64,000 nt of DNA. Source: Prolixibacteraceae bacterium (GTDB taxonomy: Bacteria > Bacteroidota > Bacteroidia > Bacteroidales > Prolixibacteraceae). Under the pieces are notes generated by a model. It made no database searches. It had not been told where the DNA came from and saw nothing but the letters and a program-made list of their open reading frames with translations. The position numbers were made by a program, and so were the translations under genes. Of the stretch, positions 60,575-64,000 are shown one piece after another (the first letter of the stretch is position 1; each line of letters opens with the position of its first letter). The stretch lies in the NCBI GenBank assembly GCA_003516705.1, contig DPCJ01000116.1:45781-109780 (forward strand). The letters are read 5' to 3'.

Positions 60575-60576
60575 AA

Positions 60577-60614
60577 AACTAAACCTAACTAAACCAAACC
60601 TAACTAAACCAAAC
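60577..60614. repeat. Short tandem repeat (AAACCTAACTAAACC)x2 plus partial units
   Basis: Exact copies at 60581-60595 and 60596-60610. Confidence 0.8.
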
Positions 60615-60691
60615 GCTGACAAAATTGGACACTATCAGGTATTATAAACCTTAATTTTTTTAGCTGATAATTTTGAAAATCAATTGGTTCG

Positions 60692-60847
60692 TTACAAAAC
60701 CCTTCTTCCCTGTATAAGTCTTAAGATTACTGCAATTACCGCAATTATAAGCAGTACGTGAATAATCCCTCCGGCACTGTACCCAATAAACCCGATTGCC
60801 CAGGCAATGATCAGGATCACTGCGATGATGTAAAGTAAATTTCCCAT
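60692..60847 (-). CDS. lmo0937 family small membrane protein (51 aa)
   Basis: Not in the ORF track; MGNLLYIIAVILIIAWAIGFIGYSAGGIIHVLLIIAVIAVILRLIQGRRVL. Confidence 0.88.
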   Translation of the reverse strand: MGNLLYIIAVILIIAWAIGFIGYSAGGIIHVLLIIAVIAVILRLIQGRRVL

Positions 60848-60869
60848 GATTTCTGTTTTTAATGATTAT

Positions 60870-61331
60870 TTATTTTGTGTTACTAACGGCAAAATCGTTA
60901 AACGCCTTACCCAGTTCATCCATATCGCGTTTAAACTCAGTTTTAAAAGTTTGCCAGTTGTTGGTATTATCTGCCTTGTATTCAATTAGTTTTATTTTTA
61001 ATTCTCTGTTTCTTTTCTCAAGTTCGGCCAGTTTAGTTTCGTATAAAACTTTATTCTCCCGGCTGGCAGTAACAATCTTCACTTTTAAACCGTCAATGCT
61101 TTTTTCGTTGGCGATAATCCGGTTTTCGTATTCAATTTTAAATTGCTGGTAATCGGAAATTGAATCCTGAATTGCGAGGTTTAAATCACTTTTTGCATCT
61201 AAAACATCTTTTTTTGCATCTAACACTTTCTCTTCAGCATTTTCAACTTTTTGGGTTGGAGAAACACATTTAACTAAAATGAGTGACGCAATTAAAAACA
61301 TGACTGACAGATAAGAGATTGTTTTATTCAT
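60870..61331 (-). CDS. Coiled-coil putative lipoprotein
   Basis: Signal with Cys; helical; WQTFKTEFKRDMDELGKAF. Confidence 0.75.
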   Translation of the reverse strand: MNKTISYLSVMFLIASLILVKCVSPTQKVENAEEKVLDAKKDVLDAKSDLNLAIQDSISDYQQFKIEYENRIIANEKSIDGLKVKIVTASRENKVLYETKLAELEKRNRELKIKLIEYKADNTNNWQTFKTEFKRDMDELGKAFNDFAVSNTK

Positions 61332-61400
61332 TGTTTCAATTTTTTACTTTGTAACTCAATTATTACTTCATCAAAGATATTTCTGTTTGAATCCTGGATT

Positions 61401-61438
61401 GTTACATAACTTTTTGAATAAATTACATCATTCACACA
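61401..61438 (-). promoter_or_regulatory. Island regulon site 17
   Basis: GTTACA-N16-TTACATCATTCACACA; perfect TATCTTTG on - strand at 61372-61379. Confidence 0.9.
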
Positions 61439-61571
61439 TTTGGAGAAAGAAAATTAAAAATTAAAAATGCTTGTCGGTATTTGTGAGTAATGTGAAAAAT
61501 AAAATGTAATATTTATATCTCTTTAGTCACATGAACTGTCTTATTCTCAGTAATTCTGTCGAAAAATTCTG

Positions 61572-61658
61572 CCTTACAGGCAGTTTGTGTGTGGGATTCA
61601 TAACCGCATGGTCATCGACCTGCGGAAAAACATCAAAAAAGAGCAACTGCCTGTAAGG
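61572..61658. repeat. REP/MITE-like element with 14-bp terminal IR
   Basis: CCTTACAGGCAGTT ... AACTGCCTGTAAGG enclosing a CCGCATGGTC/GACCTGCGG hairpin. Confidence 0.7.
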
Positions 61659-61706
61659 GATGACAAGTTATAACAATGAAAATATCGGTTCTACCCTTGA
61701 TGCGCA

Positions 61707-62015
61707 TTAATTATTTCTGAATCCAGCATCGCAAACAGCAAGCTGGTTTTTCAGGCTGGTAATTTCGCGTTGCATCCTGTCAATCTGATTTAATAAGTGG
61801 ATAACGGTTTCAATTCCTTCAAGATTGATATCCAAATCAATGTAAAAGCGAATCATTTTCTCTAATCTGGGAAGCTGGTTTTTATGGAAATATGTTTTCC
61901 CTTCAATTGTTGTAATTTTTATTAATTTGTTTTCGTGAAGTGAAATGATAAACTCAACTGCAATGTTTTGGTGCAGGCAAAATTCATTGGCCGGTATCAT
62001 ATTTTTTGTATTCAT
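61707..62015 (-). CDS. cbpM: Chaperone modulator CbpM
   Basis: MerR-like; RFYIDLDINLEGIETVIHLL; downstream of cbpA. Confidence 0.85.
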   Translation of the reverse strand: MNTKNMIPANEFCLHQNIAVEFIISLHENKLIKITTIEGKTYFHKNQLPRLEKMIRFYIDLDINLEGIETVIHLLNQIDRMQREITSLKNQLAVCDAGFRNN

Positions 62016-62139
62016 CTGTACAAATTATTAAAGTTGCTGATTAATTGTCGGTTAAACTTATTCTCATTTATCCACATTCTCACCCGATGCCCGCCTGACC
62101 GTCGGGCAGGAAACTCATCCCGATTTATAGGGATTCGTT

Positions 62140-63042
62140 TCATTGGTCGTTCTGCTTTAATTTTGCCAGTTCGGCAAATAATTCCTTTTGCTTTTCAGTC
62201 AGATTTTCAGGGATTTTAACCACATACGTAATAATGAAATCTCCAAATTTTCCGGTGTTTTTATACACAGGGAAACCTTTGCCCGTAAGTTTTATTTTAG
62301 TGCCGTTTTGTGTTTCTGGTTTTACCTTCAGTTTTACTTTTCCGGTTAGGGTGGTGATGATGATTTCGCCACCCAAAACAGCTGTGTATAAATCGATTTC
62401 AATAGTGGAAAACAAATCGTTTCCCAGGCGTTTGATGTGTTGCAGATTGCTGACCAGAAAAGTAATATATAAATCGCCTGCGGGGCCACCATTTACTCCC
62501 GGGCCGCCCTGTCCGGTTATTTTAATGGTTTGCCCGTTTTCAATTCCGGACGGAATGGTTATGCGTATTTTTTTACCATTTACATTTAAAGTTTGTTTGT
62601 GTGTTTCAGCGGCTTCATTCAAATTGAGATGAATTTCAGTTTTGTAATCTTCACCCCTGAATTTGGTTTGTCTGCCCCGGCCGGCTCCACCAAAACCGCC
62701 AAACATCGACTCAAAAAAATCAGAAAATTCGCCATCGTTTTGCGTGCCGGAAAAGCGTTGTCCACCTTCATTCCCTTGTTGCCTGCGATACTGATTGGCT
62801 TCTTCAGATTTTCCGGCATGTTGCCAATCTTTTCCATACTCATCGTATTTTTTCCGCTTTTCGGGGTCACTCAAAACTTCGTTGGCTTCATTAATTTTCT
62901 GAAAGTTGCTGTTGGCATTTTTGTCGGTCGGGTTTAAATCAGGATGATACTTACGTGCCTGTTTCCGATAGGCATTTTTAATGTCTTTCGGCGTAGCCGA
63001 TTTATCGATCCCCAATAATTTGTAATAATCAATAAAATCCAT
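62140..63042 (-). CDS. cbpA: DnaJ-class protein CbpA
   Basis: J domain with HPD, G/F region, DnaJ C-terminus, no zinc finger. Confidence 0.9.
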   Translation of the reverse strand: MDFIDYYKLLGIDKSATPKDIKNAYRKQARKYHPDLNPTDKNANSNFQKINEANEVLSDPEKRKKYDEYGKDWQHAGKSEEANQYRRQQGNEGGQRFSGTQNDGEFSDFFESMFGGFGGAGRGRQTKFRGEDYKTEIHLNLNEAAETHKQTLNVNGKKIRITIPSGIENGQTIKITGQGGPGVNGGPAGDLYITFLVSNLQHIKRLGNDLFSTIEIDLYTAVLGGEIIITTLTGKVKLKVKPETQNGTKIKLTGKGFPVYKNTGKFGDFIITYVVKIPENLTEKQKELFAELAKLKQNDQ

Positions 63043-63068
63043 GTTTTATTGAATGATTTTGTTCCGGT

Positions 63069-64000
63069 TTAATTAAAATAACTGTTAATCATCTTACACA
63101 GAACATGATGACTAATTGGTTTTGAAATATAATTATTGCATCCTGCTGCAATTACTTTCTCCTTATCGCCCGAAAGTGCATAAGCAGTTTGCGCAATAAT
63201 TACCACATGATTGTTGAAAGTGCGAATGTTGCGGGTTGCTTCATATCCATTCATCCCCAACATATTAATATCCATTAGAATCAGGTCGATGTCATCATTT
63301 TTCTTACAAATGTTAACCGCATCAATACCGTTTGAAACATGCAAAATTTCTTTGGCAAACATCTTAAGGTAAGCTCTCATCAGTAATTCTGAATTAAAAT
63401 CATCCTCCACAAGCAATATCTTCAATTTTTTAGCATTGCCTTTTGCTTCATTATCAACAACTTTTACCGCGATGTCGGGTTTTATTTTTTGTGTAAAGTT
63501 GGCTGGAATTGTAAAATAAAAAACAGATCCGGTAATTTCCCGGTCGCCATTTAGTGATGACTCTGCTGTTCGGTTTTTTATCCATATTTTCCCACCAAGC
63601 ATTTCAACATATGCTTTTGAGATTGACAAACCGAGGCCGGCCCCCTCATAATTGCTGGTCAACGTTTCATTGCCTTGCCTGAATCTCTCAAAAATATATT
63701 CCCGCTGTTCTAACGGAATTCCTGTGCCACTATCACTTACATAAAATTCGATGAACCCGTTTTTTACATTGTAGCCTGTTTCGATATAACCCGATTGGGT
63801 AAACTTGATGGCATTTTTAACCAGGTTGGTAAGTATGGCATATATTTTTTCGCGATCGGTATTTACAAAAGCATCTTTTGTTGAAAGGCCATTTTTAAAC
63901 GAAAATTTAAGATTTTTCTTAGCAGCTTCGGGTTTGAAAAAGTGATAAATAAACGCCATCAATTCGTTTACGTTCGTTTCAGTGACTGTTATTCTCGTCT
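63069..64000 (-). CDS. Hybrid sensor histidine kinase (5' truncated by window)
   Basis: NLVKNAIKFT, DSGTGI, GAGLGLSI; receiver LLVEDD...LMDINM. Confidence 0.88.
   Translation of the reverse strand, partial: TRITVTETNVNELMAFIYHFFKPEAAKKNLKFSFKNGLSTKDAFVNTDREKIYAILTNLVKNAIKFTQSGYIETGYNVKNGFIEFYVSDSGTGIPLEQREYIFERFRQGNETLTSNYEGAGLGLSISKAYVEMLGGKIWIKNRTAESSLNGDREITGSVFYFTIPANFTQKIKPDIAVKVVDNEAKGNAKKLKILLVEDDFNSELLMRAYLKMFAKEILHVSNGIDAVNICKKNDDIDLILMDINMLGMNGYEATRNIRTFNNHVVIIAQTAYALSGDKEKVIAAGCNNYISKPISHHVLCKMINSYFN

Noticed and set aside
245-61438. Repeated motif as a CRISPR array, integron attC sites or terminal repeats of a mobile element
   Set aside because: Copies are dispersed, non-palindromic and oriented to gene starts with fixed spacing to a promoter box; no cas, integrase or transposase genes are present
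62089-62135. Two short hairpins between cbpA and cbpM
   Set aside because: Probably common REP-like insertions; single short copies with no further support
1401-62937. Numerous antisense and alternate-frame ORFs in the track
   Set aside because: Shadows of well-supported genes, with no motifs of their own

Overview
AT-rich Bacteroidota DNA (T9SS-type C-terminal domain, TAnnTTTG-like promoters, sigma-ABfr-like sigma; Prolixibacteraceae-like by inference) forming a ~61 kb stress-response gene island. It contains two bacterioferritins, an SOD, a di-heme c protein, glucan/pentose-phosphate enzymes (glgP, tal, xfp, rpiB, class I aldolase), USP, CsbD-, YtxH-, dodecin-, YihY-, AI-2E- and lmo0937-like genes, two MlaEFD sets, four OmpA-domain proteins, CheB/CheR proteins, two DUF3494 ice-binding-domain surface proteins, an AraC regulator and an extra sigma70. 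The main hidden structure is a 38-bp bipartite element present 17 times, always intergenic and always pointing at the downstream gene: TGTGTGAATGATGTAA-N16-TGTAAY, followed 21 nt later by a Bacteroidota -7-like box. This defines a putative island-wide regulon, most plausibly activated by the resident AraC protein, whose own gene and the extra sigma gene both carry the site. Gene calls come from motif recognition only; no database searches were run.
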